A stretch of 64,000 nucleotides of DNA from Actinomycetota bacterium (GTDB lineage: Bacteria; Actinomycetota; Acidimicrobiia; Acidimicrobiales; Ilumatobacteraceae): contig WLIV01000003.1 of assembly GCA_009702045.1 (NCBI GenBank), positions 67,591-131,590 of the forward strand, given 5' to 3'. This document shows positions 45,318 to 53,627 of the stretch, in pieces; positions within the stretch are counted from its first letter, which is position 1, and each line of letters begins with the position of its first letter. Both the position numbers and the translations under genes were made by a program. Under the pieces are notes generated by a model, which saw only the letters and a list, made by a program, of their open reading frames with translations, was not told the origin of the DNA and did no database searches.

Positions 45318-45818
45318 TCAGGCGACCGGCGGGTCGGTGAACTGCTGGCCGGCGCGCGACACGTGCTCGGTCCAGGTGCCACCGTCCCAGTAGCGCAGTT
45401 CGAAGCGACCGGCCGGATCGGCGTACCAACCAGCGGGTACGGCCGGGCTGGCGGCAGCGACCGGCTGGTAGGCGGGTGCGGGCTGGGCGGCGGGTGCCGG
45501 CTGGTAGCTGACGGCCGGACTGGGGTCGACGATCGGCGCCATCGGGGCGGCGGCAGGCGCTGGCTCGGGGGCCACTGCCCAGCCAGTGGGCTCGGCAGCC
45601 ACAGGCGCCGGCTGGGCTGCTGGCGCTGGCGTGGCCTCCACTGCGGTGACAGCGGCAGCGGCGGACTGGCCAGTCGAGCGGCTGAGGAAGGCGGTGATGT
45701 CGCCACCGGTGGGCACGATGCTGACGATTGCCCAGCCCTCGGCTGACTTTTCGGTGAGCGTGGTGGCCAGAGCGGCGGGGTCGAACGAGGAGGCACTGAT
45801 GGTGGTGAATTCCTGCAT
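45318..45818 (-). CDS. DUF2510-domain protein with small N-terminal alpha/beta domain and Pro/Ala-rich linker
   Basis: C-terminal GWYADPAGRFELRYWDGGTWTEHV. Start taken at MQEFTT. Confidence 0.65.
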   Translation of the reverse strand: MQEFTTISASSFDPAALATTLTEKSAEGWAIVSIVPTGGDITAFLSRSTGQSAAAAVTAVEATPAPAAQPAPVAAEPTGWAVAPEPAPAAAPMAPIVDPSPAVSYQPAPAAQPAPAYQPVAAASPAVPAGWYADPAGRFELRYWDGGTWTEHVSRAGQQFTDPPVA

Positions 45819-45894
45819 GTGCCGCAGAGTAGCGCGCCGAACTGGCCCGGTCGATCGGGAAGCCCGGTCAGGTGTCACGGGGCAGGTACTCAGT

Positions 45895-46575
45895 TCAGGA
45901 GGGCAGAACGAGCGCGTGCACATCCACATCCGCAGGCGCACCGTCGTACACCAACTCGCCGTCGCGCAGCGCAAGCAATCGCTGCACCCGGCTGACGAAC
46001 GCCAACTCGTGGGTGGCGACAATCAACGTGGCCCCACCCGCGGCGGCCTCATCGAGCAACGTCAACAGCGCTTCCTTGCCTGACTGATCGAGTCCGACGA
46101 ACGGTTCGTCGACGAGCATCAGCTGGAACGGGCGGATCATCGCCAGGCTGATCGCTGCCTTCTGGCGAAGGCCGCGGCTGAACGTGGTGGGGATGTCGTC
46201 GCGCCGATCGCTGAGGTGCAGCGCACCCAGCAGGTGCTCGGCACGCGGCTCCCAGTCCTCGACGCCGTGCACGCGGGCGACGAACTCGAGGTGCTCCCAC
46301 AGCGAAAGATCGTCGTAGAACGTGGGGGTGTCGCTGAGCCAACTGAGCGACTGGCGAGCCTCACGAGTTCCGGACTTGTGGCCGACGATGCGCGCCTCAC
46401 CGGCGGTGGGGTCGAGCAGACCGGCGGCCATGCGCAACAGCGTGGTTTTGCCGCTGCCATTGTGGCCCACGAGCGCGACGTGCTGACCCAGTGGCACTTC
46501 GAGGTCGAGCGGCACGAGGGCCGGACGATCGCCGTAGTCCTTGCCGAGACCGTGTGTGCTGAACGCGATGGTCAT
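45895..46575 (-). CDS. ABC transporter ATP-binding protein (ABC-2/CcmA-like, degenerate signature)
   Basis: Walker A GHNGSGKTT, signature FSRGLRQK, Walker B LMLVDEPFVGLD. Start at MTIAFS. Confidence 0.85.
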   Translation of the reverse strand: MTIAFSTHGLGKDYGDRPALVPLDLEVPLGQHVALVGHNGSGKTTLLRMAAGLLDPTAGEARIVGHKSGTREARQSLSWLSDTPTFYDDLSLWEHLEFVARVHGVEDWEPRAEHLLGALHLSDRRDDIPTTFSRGLRQKAAISLAMIRPFQLMLVDEPFVGLDQSGKEALLTLLDEAAAGGATLIVATHELAFVSRVQRLLALRDGELVYDGAPADVDVHALVLPS

Positions 46576-46585
46576 GACGTGCTCC

Positions 46586-48232
46586 TCAACTGCTGCTCCG
46601 CGATCGCTGCGCCGATGTCTGTGCGCGGCCTTCGTCCATGAACGCGCGGATGCGGATGCGAATTGGGTCGCGCACCTTGGTCCAGTACGCCACCAGGCCG
46701 GCGACCAGTAGCGACCCGACCGTGCCGCGGACGGCGGCACCGATGGTGGAATCGCCGTGGCGCACAGCCAAGCGCACGATGAGCACGGTGCACGTACCGA
46801 GGGCGCTGATGACGATCGGCCACAGCAGCCGCAGGGTGGTGGTGAACCCGGCCATCTCCGGCGGGATGAACGCTTGCTGATTGGACGAACTGAACGGATC
46901 GGGCGCGTCGCGCACGATGCTGATGACGCCACCAGCAGCGCCGCCGAGCAGCGTCGGCAGCGCCAGGATCGCAGCTGGGATGATGGCCTCGGTGGTGCCC
47001 ATCGCGAGCACCGCGGCGGCGGCGGCGATGACGGCGAAGGGGATCAGCGCGACGCTGGGTGCGGCCAGGTGGCGCACCATCAACTCGCCGCGCGCGACGG
47101 GCAGTCCGTCGGTGTAGTCGGGTTGATCGACCTCTTGTGAGAGGGGCTCGAACACCTCGAGGCCGAGCACGAAGGCCAACAGTGCCGAGCCCAACACCGC
47201 GGGGGTGGTGCCGCGCACGGCGGCGGCCTGCAGCACACCGATACCTGCGGCCAGTGCCGCCAGGCGCACGATGCGCGTGGCCGGAAAGCGCAGCAAACCG
47301 TGCCAGCCGCGGCGCCACACGCTGCGGGTGAAGGTGCGCGTGCGGGTCGGGCCGAGCCTGTGCCACGGGTGACGGCGAGTGCTCTCCTGGTTGAGTTGGC
47401 GACGCAGCAGGATGACGGTGCGCAGATCTTGCATGGTGACCGCGAACCGCAACTGGGCGACGAGGGCGCTGCGGCGGGCGAGTGCCTCCAACGAGATACG
47501 GCTCAGTTGGGTGAGACCAACGATGACGGCAATGAGCCCCACGGCAACCGGCAGCAGGTCGATCGGGTGCTGGCGCCAGCCCCACAGACCGAGGCTGCCG
47601 GTGGTGGTGGCTGGCCCGGGCACGTGCCAGGTGATGGCCGCGGCCTGCCAGCAGAACACGGCGAGTCCTGCCGACGTTGCCGCCCAGCGCGGCAGGCGCA
47701 TGGTGTGGGCGAGCAGGGCGGCGCCGGCCCACATCGCCGCGACGGTGCCGCCGTAGAGCGCACCACCGGCCGCCCACGCGAGGAGTGAGCCGGGGAGTCG
47801 GCGGCCAGCCAACTGCCCGACGATGGCGCCAGCCGTGGCGCCGGCGAACACTGCACCGCGGGCGCGTTGCACCGCCGGCCGCAGCAGCGCTCGGCGACGA
47901 TCGACCGGAGCGAGCATCACGTGCACGACGTCGGCTGCTTCCAACGCAATCGGCCCACCCTGTGAACCGCCGCGCAGACCGGCCAGCAACGCCATCGCCG
48001 CGATCAGGCCGAGCACGGCCGGGGCATGACTGGCGAAGCTGGCCGAGGTGGACGCAGCCACCGTGCCGTCCTTCACCGAACTGCTGATCCACAGGATCGT
48101 GCCGCCGCCGAAGAAGCCGAGCAGATACACGCGATAGGCCGCGTCGAACCACTCGATGTTGCCCAGGCGGTGCAGTTGCCGCTTGCGCCGCAGGTCGCGC
48201 AGCGCGCGGTAGGCGGGGTCGGTCTCGGCCAC
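46586..48232 (-). CDS. Uncharacterised polytopic membrane protein (probable permease partner of the ABC ATPase)
   Basis: About 548 aa with many hydrophobic segments. GTG start 2 nt after the rhodanese stop. 10 nt upstream of the ATPase start. Confidence 0.65.
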   Translation of the reverse strand: MAETDPAYRALRDLRRKRQLHRLGNIEWFDAAYRVYLLGFFGGGTILWISSSVKDGTVAASTSASFASHAPAVLGLIAAMALLAGLRGGSQGGPIALEAADVVHVMLAPVDRRRALLRPAVQRARGAVFAGATAGAIVGQLAGRRLPGSLLAWAAGGALYGGTVAAMWAGAALLAHTMRLPRWAATSAGLAVFCWQAAAITWHVPGPATTTGSLGLWGWRQHPIDLLPVAVGLIAVIVGLTQLSRISLEALARRSALVAQLRFAVTMQDLRTVILLRRQLNQESTRRHPWHRLGPTRTRTFTRSVWRRGWHGLLRFPATRIVRLAALAAGIGVLQAAAVRGTTPAVLGSALLAFVLGLEVFEPLSQEVDQPDYTDGLPVARGELMVRHLAAPSVALIPFAVIAAAAAVLAMGTTEAIIPAAILALPTLLGGAAGGVISIVRDAPDPFSSSNQQAFIPPEMAGFTTTLRLLWPIVISALGTCTVLIVRLAVRHGDSTIGAAVRGTVGSLLVAGLVAYWTKVRDPIRIRIRAFMDEGRAQTSAQRSRSSS

Positions 48233-48233
48233 G

Positions 48234-49106
48234 TCAGGCAACCTGTCCGCCGGGGCCGGTCTCGACGGCGTGTGCAGGGTCGGCCGACCATCCCGAGAAA
48301 CTGGCGACGTACATCCGCGGCGGGGTGAGCCCGGCATGCTCCATCGCGATGGCGTTCATACAGGCGCTGACACCCGAGCCGCAGTACGCGATCGGGGCAG
48401 CCTCGGGAACCGTGGCCCCGAGCTGCGTGTAGTGCGCGAGCAACTCCTGTGTGGGCAGCATGCGGCCGTCGGCACCCAGCACGGCCGCCCAGGGTGCGTT
48501 GCGTGCGCCGGGGATGTGGCCGGGGCGTGGGTCGATCTGGGTGACCTCGCCGGTGAACCGTTCTGCCGCGCGGGCATCCAGTACGACGCCACCGGCCGCG
48601 GCGTGGGCGGCAGTCTCGTCGGCGGACACCAGTCGCTCGCTGGGCCAGGCGGCGGCGGTGAACGTGGCGGGTGTGGGCGCTCGGCCGGGGCCGGTCTCGA
48701 TCGCGCGACCCTCGGCGACCCATGTGTTCAGCCCACCGTTCAACACGGCAGCGTCACGGCCGAGCATGCGCAGCATCACGACGAGGCGACCAGCCGTCAG
48801 ACCACCGGTGTCGTCGTAGGCGACGACGATGGTGTCGTCGCCGATGCCCGCGACGGCCATCGCGGCAGCGAAGTCGGCGGGTGTCGGGAGCGGGTGGCGA
48901 CCCTCGGTGGCGGGCAAACCGTGGCCCGCCAGGTCGCGATCGAGATCGATCCACACGGCGCCCGGGAGGTGCGCAGTCTCGTAGGCCTCACGCCCGTCGC
49001 GCCCGTCGAGGTACCAGCGCACATCGGTGATGGTGACGGGCCGACCGGTGTGCAACCAGGTCTCGAGAGAGGCGGCATCGACGACCGGGGCGATCACGTG
49101 GTGCAT
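48234..49106 (-). CDS. Thiosulfate/3-mercaptopyruvate sulfurtransferase (tandem rhodanese domains)
   Basis: Two rhodanese domains. Active-site loop YCGSGVSAC in the second. Confidence 0.85.
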   Translation of the reverse strand: MHHVIAPVVDAASLETWLHTGRPVTITDVRWYLDGRDGREAYETAHLPGAVWIDLDRDLAGHGLPATEGRHPLPTPADFAAAMAVAGIGDDTIVVAYDDTGGLTAGRLVVMLRMLGRDAAVLNGGLNTWVAEGRAIETGPGRAPTPATFTAAAWPSERLVSADETAAHAAAGGVVLDARAAERFTGEVTQIDPRPGHIPGARNAPWAAVLGADGRMLPTQELLAHYTQLGATVPEAAPIAYCGSGVSACMNAIAMEHAGLTPPRMYVASFSGWSADPAHAVETGPGGQVA

Positions 49107-49147
49107 CCTGCCAGCACGGAATGCCGATCGTGCGGCACAATGGGGGA

Positions 49148-49786
49148 ATGTCGCCCAACGACCTCCAAGACTTCCTCGCCGTGCTCGCCCTCGTCGCGGC
49201 CGGTGGGGTGGTGCTGATGCTCGCCGCGAAGGTCATCCCGTCGGTCGCGTCGGTGCGCTTCCTCGACGTGCTGCACAGGTGGCAGTTGTGGCTGGCCGCC
49301 CTCGTGGCCACCACGGCCAGCCTCGGCAGCATCTGGTTCAGCGAGTACGGCAACCACTGGGTCCCGTGCCGATTCTGCTGGTTCCAGCGCATCTTCATGT
49401 ACTCGTTGGCGATCATCCTGATCATCGCCGCGATTCGCAAGGACCGCAGCGTGAAGTGGTACGTCGTGCCGCTCGCCTCGATCGGTCTGGTGTTCAGTTT
49501 CTGGCACAACCTGATTGAGCACCGTGTGATCGAAGAGTCGAAACTGTGCATTTCGGTCACCAGTTGTGCGAACCCGTGGCACGTGTCGTTCGGCAAGCTG
49601 GGCTTCAACCGCGACGGCGTGTTCGAGTGGTCAGGTATGCCGATGACCCTCGCTGTGATGGCGTTCTGCGGTTTTGCTGCCATCCTTGCTCTGCTCCTCA
49701 CCCCCGAAGCGTTGGACACCCCTGACCAGGCGTCCGCCCCCGAAGCTGTAAAGGAAGAACACAATGGCGAACCGGCAGCGGGCTGA
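49148..49786 (+). CDS. Disulfide bond formation protein B (BdbC/DsbB family)
   Basis: CRFCWFQRIFMY (CxxC in the first periplasmic loop), a second Cys pair CISVTSC, and 4 TM segments. Confidence 0.75.
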   Translation: MSPNDLQDFLAVLALVAAGGVVLMLAAKVIPSVASVRFLDVLHRWQLWLAALVATTASLGSIWFSEYGNHWVPCRFCWFQRIFMYSLAIILIIAAIRKDRSVKWYVVPLASIGLVFSFWHNLIEHRVIEESKLCISVTSCANPWHVSFGKLGFNRDGVFEWSGMPMTLAVMAFCGFAAILALLLTPEALDTPDQASAPEAVKEEHNGEPAAG

Positions 49787-50501
49787 GGCCCGACGTAAGG
49801 CACAGGCCAAGGCTGCGCATCAGCCCGGCGGAGGCGGCAACAGCCGCGGAGTGATGTGGATCGCCATCGCGGTGGTCGTCGTGGTGGCGGCGGGAATCGC
49901 GATCTTCGCCGCCAGCGGCGACGACGCCAAGAGCACGGCACCGGTCACCTCCGATTCGGTATCCGGCAGCAACCTGCCCGATACGCAGCCGGTGACGGTG
50001 ACCGGCGCGGCGTTGCCGGCCTTCGACAACGCGGCCGCCCCCGACCCTGCGGTCGGCACGCTGGCACCGGTGCTGGCCGGCAAGGACTTCCAGGGCGATG
50101 CCGTCACCATCGACGGCACCAAGGGTGGTCCGTACATGGTGGTGTTCCTGGCGCACTGGTGCCCGCACTGCAACAGGGAAGTGCCCCTGCTGCTCGACTG
50201 GAAGGCAACGGGCGGAGTTCCGGCCAGCCTGCATGTCGTCGGCGTGGCCACGGCGGTGTCGCCGTCGTCGGCGAACTATCCGCCCGCCGACTGGTTCTCG
50301 AACAAGGGCTGGAGCTGGCCGGTGATGGTCGATCAGTCCCAGGGTGAGGGCGTCGCTGGTTCGGCTGCTCAGGCCTTCGGGGCGTCGGGTTGGCCGTACT
50401 TCGTCATCGTTGGCGCTGATGGCAAAGTGAAGTTCCGCGGGTCGGGCGAAATCACCATCGACGAGCTGCAGAGGGTCGTCGACGCCGCGATCGCGGCCTG
50501 A
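49764..50501 (+). CDS. TlpA/ResA-like membrane-anchored thiol-disulfide oxidoreductase
   Basis: N-terminal TM. Thioredoxin fold with FLAHWCPHCNRE active site. Confidence 0.85.
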   Translation: MANRQRAEARRKAQAKAAHQPGGGGNSRGVMWIAIAVVVVVAAGIAIFAASGDDAKSTAPVTSDSVSGSNLPDTQPVTVTGAALPAFDNAAAPDPAVGTLAPVLAGKDFQGDAVTIDGTKGGPYMVVFLAHWCPHCNREVPLLLDWKATGGVPASLHVVGVATAVSPSSANYPPADWFSNKGWSWPVMVDQSQGEGVAGSAAQAFGASGWPYFVIVGADGKVKFRGSGEITIDELQRVVDAAIAA

Positions 50502-51301
50502 TGAACATGTCGGATCCGGGTGCCGGTCCGCCACCTGGGTTTGGTCCGCCATCCGGGTTCGGTCCGCCATCCGGATTTGGCCGTACGCCGATCATCCCTG
50601 AGGCGCCGCCCGCGCCGAAGCGTTCGAGCATGGGTGTCGTCATTGCCACAGTGGTAGCTGTCGTCGCGCTCATCGCCGTGGGTGTTGTCCTCGCCACTCG
50701 CGACTCCGACAACGGTGTCACGCTGGGCAACACCACAACGCCGACCTCGACCGCGGACACCGGTGGATCCATCGGTGACCCTACGAACCGACCGGTCACC
50801 GTGGATGGCGACGTCCTACCGCCACAGCCCGAAAGTGGTGGCGACCCAGCCGTAGGTACGAAGGCGCCCGTGCTCCACGGGTATGACGCCGCCGGCGCCC
50901 CGATCACCATCGACGCCGCGGCCGACGGCCCGTACATGGTGGTGTTCCTGGCGCACTGGTGCCCGCATTGCAACCGCGAGATTCCCCGCCTCATCCAGTG
51001 GATGCAGGACGGCGGAGTCCCGGCGCAGTTGAAGATCATCGCCGTGGCTACCGCCGTGTCGCCGTCGTCGGCGAACTACCCACCAGCGGACTGGCTGGTC
51101 GCCAAGGAGTGGCCGTGGCCGGCGATGATCGACGAGTCCACCGGTGACGGCACAGCCGGTGTTGCCGCAGCGGCATACGGGGCCACCGGGTGGCCGTTCT
51201 TCGTGATCGTCGGCGCCGATGGCAAAGTGAAGGACCGCACCTCGGGCGAGGTCGAGATCTTCGACCTTCAACTGATCGTCGATACCGCTCTGGCCAGCTG
51301 A
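50501..51301 (+). CDS. TlpA/ResA-like thiol-disulfide oxidoreductase (tandem paralog)
   Basis: The same FLAHWCPHCNRE site and the same C-terminal layout as the preceding gene. TGATG junction. Confidence 0.85.
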   Translation: MNMSDPGAGPPPGFGPPSGFGPPSGFGRTPIIPEAPPAPKRSSMGVVIATVVAVVALIAVGVVLATRDSDNGVTLGNTTTPTSTADTGGSIGDPTNRPVTVDGDVLPPQPESGGDPAVGTKAPVLHGYDAAGAPITIDAAADGPYMVVFLAHWCPHCNREIPRLIQWMQDGGVPAQLKIIAVATAVSPSSANYPPADWLVAKEWPWPAMIDESTGDGTAGVAAAAYGATGWPFFVIVGADGKVKDRTSGEVEIFDLQLIVDTALAS

Positions 51302-52611
51302 GCCGCCTCGGCCAGCACCTCGCGCAGCGATAGTCCCAATGCCTTCGCGGCGGCGGCGGCATCGTCGTGCTCGACCTTGGCGCGTGACGGCGCCAACTTC
51401 ACGCGGATGGGGTGACCACCCAGGTGCACCACCACTTCGTCGCGGCGCTGTGGCCAGCGCACGATGGTGGAGCCGCGCATCCCCAGCGAACCGGTCTCGT
51501 GCAACAGCACGGCACCCACCTCGGCAGCCAATGCCGGATCGCACAGCGCGTGCACGGTGTGCGCGGGGCGACCCTTCTTCATCACGATCGGCGTCGCCCA
51601 GGCATCGTGCGCGCCGGCCAGCAGCAGTGCAGTGATGGTGTGGGCGATGACCTCGCCGGTGGCATCGTCGACATTCACTTCCAGTAGTTGCGCAGGCTGC
51701 CCCGGCTCGGGTACCAGCGTTGCCGGTTGCTCGTGGCCGATCACCACCTGCACCACGTTCGGGCGGCCGTCGATATCCGCCGTACCTGCGCCGTAGCCGA
51801 CGCTGTGCACCTGCATCGCCGGCATCGGGCCGAACTCGTCGGCGAGTGCGGTCATCAACGCCACACCGGTGGGGGTGGCCAGTTCCTTGCGGTCGGCGAT
51901 GCCGCGGCTGGGTGCATTGCGGCGGGCGAGCAGTTCGACGACTGCTGGCGCGGGGTTCGGGATTTCGCCGTGTGCGGCGTGCACCGTGCCCTGGCCGACG
52001 GTGATCGGGCTGCACACGATGCGATCGATGCCAAGAGATTCGAGCGCCGCGCAGGCGCCGACGATGTCGACGATGGCGTCCACTGAACCGACCTCGTGGA
52101 ACTCCACGTCGTCGGCTGGCATACCGTGCATCTGCCCCTCGACCTCGGCCAGCAGGCGGAACGTGCGCTGCGCTCGGTCGAGCACGCGAGTTGGCAGCTC
52201 GGCAGCGTTCAGCAGGTCGCGGATCTCACGGTACGGACGGTGCGGCCCTTGGTCGTGGTGATGGTGCCCGTGGTCGCGGTCGTGCCCGTGGTCGTGGTCG
52301 TGGTCGTGCCCGTGGTCGTGCCCGTGCCCGTGGTCGTGGTCGTGCGAGTGGTCGTGGTCGTGGTCGTGCGAGTGGCTGTCGTGTTCGTCGTGCTCATCGT
52401 GCACGGCGACGACGGCATGCAGCGCCGCCAACCCGCAGCGCAGCACGGGCTCGAACGAGAGGGCGTACCCGTCGATCGGCAACTGGCCGACGATGGCCAT
52501 GACCTGCAACGGGTCGGCGCCGGCGTGCACCAGCGAGGCCATGGTCATATCGCCCGCCGTACCGGCGAAGCAGTGGAACCATGCTGTCGTCGTGTGAGTG
52601 TCGGTGTTCAT
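51268..52611 (-). CDS. larC: Nickel-pincer cofactor biosynthesis protein LarC (nickel insertion)
   Basis: FHCFAGTAGDM N-terminus, a long His/Asp-rich tract, EVGSVDAIVDIVG, and a C-terminal domain. Start at MNTDTH; the upstream part of the track ORF is an artefact. Confidence 0.85.
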   Translation of the reverse strand: MNTDTHTTTAWFHCFAGTAGDMTMASLVHAGADPLQVMAIVGQLPIDGYALSFEPVLRCGLAALHAVVAVHDEHDEHDSHSHDHDHDHSHDHDHGHGHDHGHDHDHDHGHDRDHGHHHHDQGPHRPYREIRDLLNAAELPTRVLDRAQRTFRLLAEVEGQMHGMPADDVEFHEVGSVDAIVDIVGACAALESLGIDRIVCSPITVGQGTVHAAHGEIPNPAPAVVELLARRNAPSRGIADRKELATPTGVALMTALADEFGPMPAMQVHSVGYGAGTADIDGRPNVVQVVIGHEQPATLVPEPGQPAQLLEVNVDDATGEVIAHTITALLLAGAHDAWATPIVMKKGRPAHTVHALCDPALAAEVGAVLLHETGSLGMRGSTIVRWPQRRDEVVVHLGGHPIRVKLAPSRAKVEHDDAAAAAKALGLSLREVLAEAAQLARAVSTIS

Positions 52612-53345
52612 TTGCACATCCTCGTCACTGCGCAGGCAGCGCCGAATCCATTGTCGATCCCGACGACCGTGACACCGCTGGCGCACGACGCGTGCATCGC
52701 CAACAGTGCGGTCACTCCGTCGAGCGCGGCGCCGTAGCCAACGCTGGTGGGCACTGCCACCACGGGGGCGGCGGTGAGGCCGCCGATCACGCTGGCGAGA
52801 GCACCCTCCATGCCGGCAACCACGACCACAGCATCGGCAGCGGTGACTCGGTCGAGATGAGCGAGCAAGCGGTGCAGACCGGCCACGCCAACATCGGTCA
52901 GCCGGTCGGGGGTGAAGCCGTGGGCCTGCAGCGTGAGGACGCATTCGTCGACGACCGGTACATCGCTGGTGCCAGCACTCACCACCAGCACCTTGGAGGT
53001 GCGGGTGGGTTCGGGTCGGCGCCACAGCACACACCCGGCCATCGACTCGCCACCTGGGTGTCGGTCCAGTACGTCGGCGGCCGTCGCGGCGCTCACGCGA
53101 GTCAGCAACACCGGGCCGGTGCCGTGCTCCAACCGCTCGCCGACGATCTCGATGCACTGCGCCACGGTCTTGCCCTGGCCGTAGATCGCCTCGGGCATGC
53201 CTTGGCGGATGGCGCGATGGTGGTCGACGAGCGTGTCGCCCACGCGAGTGAAGGGCAGTCGGCTGAGCTGGGCGACCGCGTCGTCGGGTGCCACCGTTCC
53301 GGCGCGCACCCCCTCCACCAGTTGCTGCAACTCCTGCGCGTCCAT
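52608..53345 (-). CDS. larB: Nickel-pincer cofactor biosynthesis protein LarB (PurE-like carboxylase/hydrolase)
   Basis: DHHRAIRQGMPEAIYGQGKT, VVSAGTSDVPV, and VVAGMEGALASVIGG...VPTSVGYG. 4-nt overlap with larC. Confidence 0.85.
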   Translation of the reverse strand: MDAQELQQLVEGVRAGTVAPDDAVAQLSRLPFTRVGDTLVDHHRAIRQGMPEAIYGQGKTVAQCIEIVGERLEHGTGPVLLTRVSAATAADVLDRHPGGESMAGCVLWRRPEPTRTSKVLVVSAGTSDVPVVDECVLTLQAHGFTPDRLTDVGVAGLHRLLAHLDRVTAADAVVVVAGMEGALASVIGGLTAAPVVAVPTSVGYGAALDGVTALLAMHASCASGVTVVGIDNGFGAACAVTRMCK

Positions 53346-53358
53346 TCCGACCATTCTG

Positions 53359-53426
53359 CCCGCCCCACACCCCCGCCCCACCCCTCACCCCCGCCCCGCC
53401 CCTCACCCCCGCCCCGCCCCTCACCG
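53359..53426. repeat. C-rich (G-rich on the larB strand) 18-nt tandem repeat CCGCCCCRCCCCTCACCC, about 3.7 copies
   Basis: Units at 53373-53390, 53391-53408 and 53409-53426, plus a partial unit at 53359-53372. Begins 14 nt upstream of the larB start. Confidence 0.85.
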
Positions 53427-53430
53427 GTTT

Positions 53431-53582
53431 CAGCGTCTGTGTCGCGGCTCTGACCACCGGCGGTGGCGCGCACCCCCGCGACACAGACGGGGGGCCAGCG
53501 CACCCGGGGATCTCGCCCTCAGCGTCTGTGTCGCGGCCGTGACCACCGGCGGCGGCGCGCATCCCCGCGACACAGACGGGGG
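53431..53582. repeat. Two tandem copies (89-nt period) of an approximately 63-nt palindromic element with 14-bp arms CGTCTGTGTCGCGG / CCGCGACACAGACG
   Basis: Arms at 53434-53447/53476-53489 and 53523-53536/53565-53578. The loops are near-identical (CTCTGACCACCGGCGGTGGCGCGCACC versus CCGTGACCACCGGCGGCGGCGCGCATC). Confidence 0.85.
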
Positions 53583-53627
53583 AAAGGCGGGTGGTCGGGG
53601 GGTCGGGTGCGAATAGCCTGGGCGGTC

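Noticed and set aside
46572-48152. 526-aa and similar long Arg-rich ORFs overlapping the membrane-protein gene. The same kind occurs at 39078-40316, 62368-63960, 10979-10974-type frames, 31209-32291 and 41679-42869.
   Set aside because: All are Arg/Pro/Gly/His-rich and lie antisense to, or out of frame with, ORFs that carry recognisable catalytic motifs. No independent support.
52612-53562. N-terminal 317-aa extension of the LarC ORF (track ORF 51268-53562)
   Set aside because: The extension is Arg/Gly-rich, runs through the larB coding region in another frame and across the intergenic repeats. The LarC homology starts at MNTDTH (52611).
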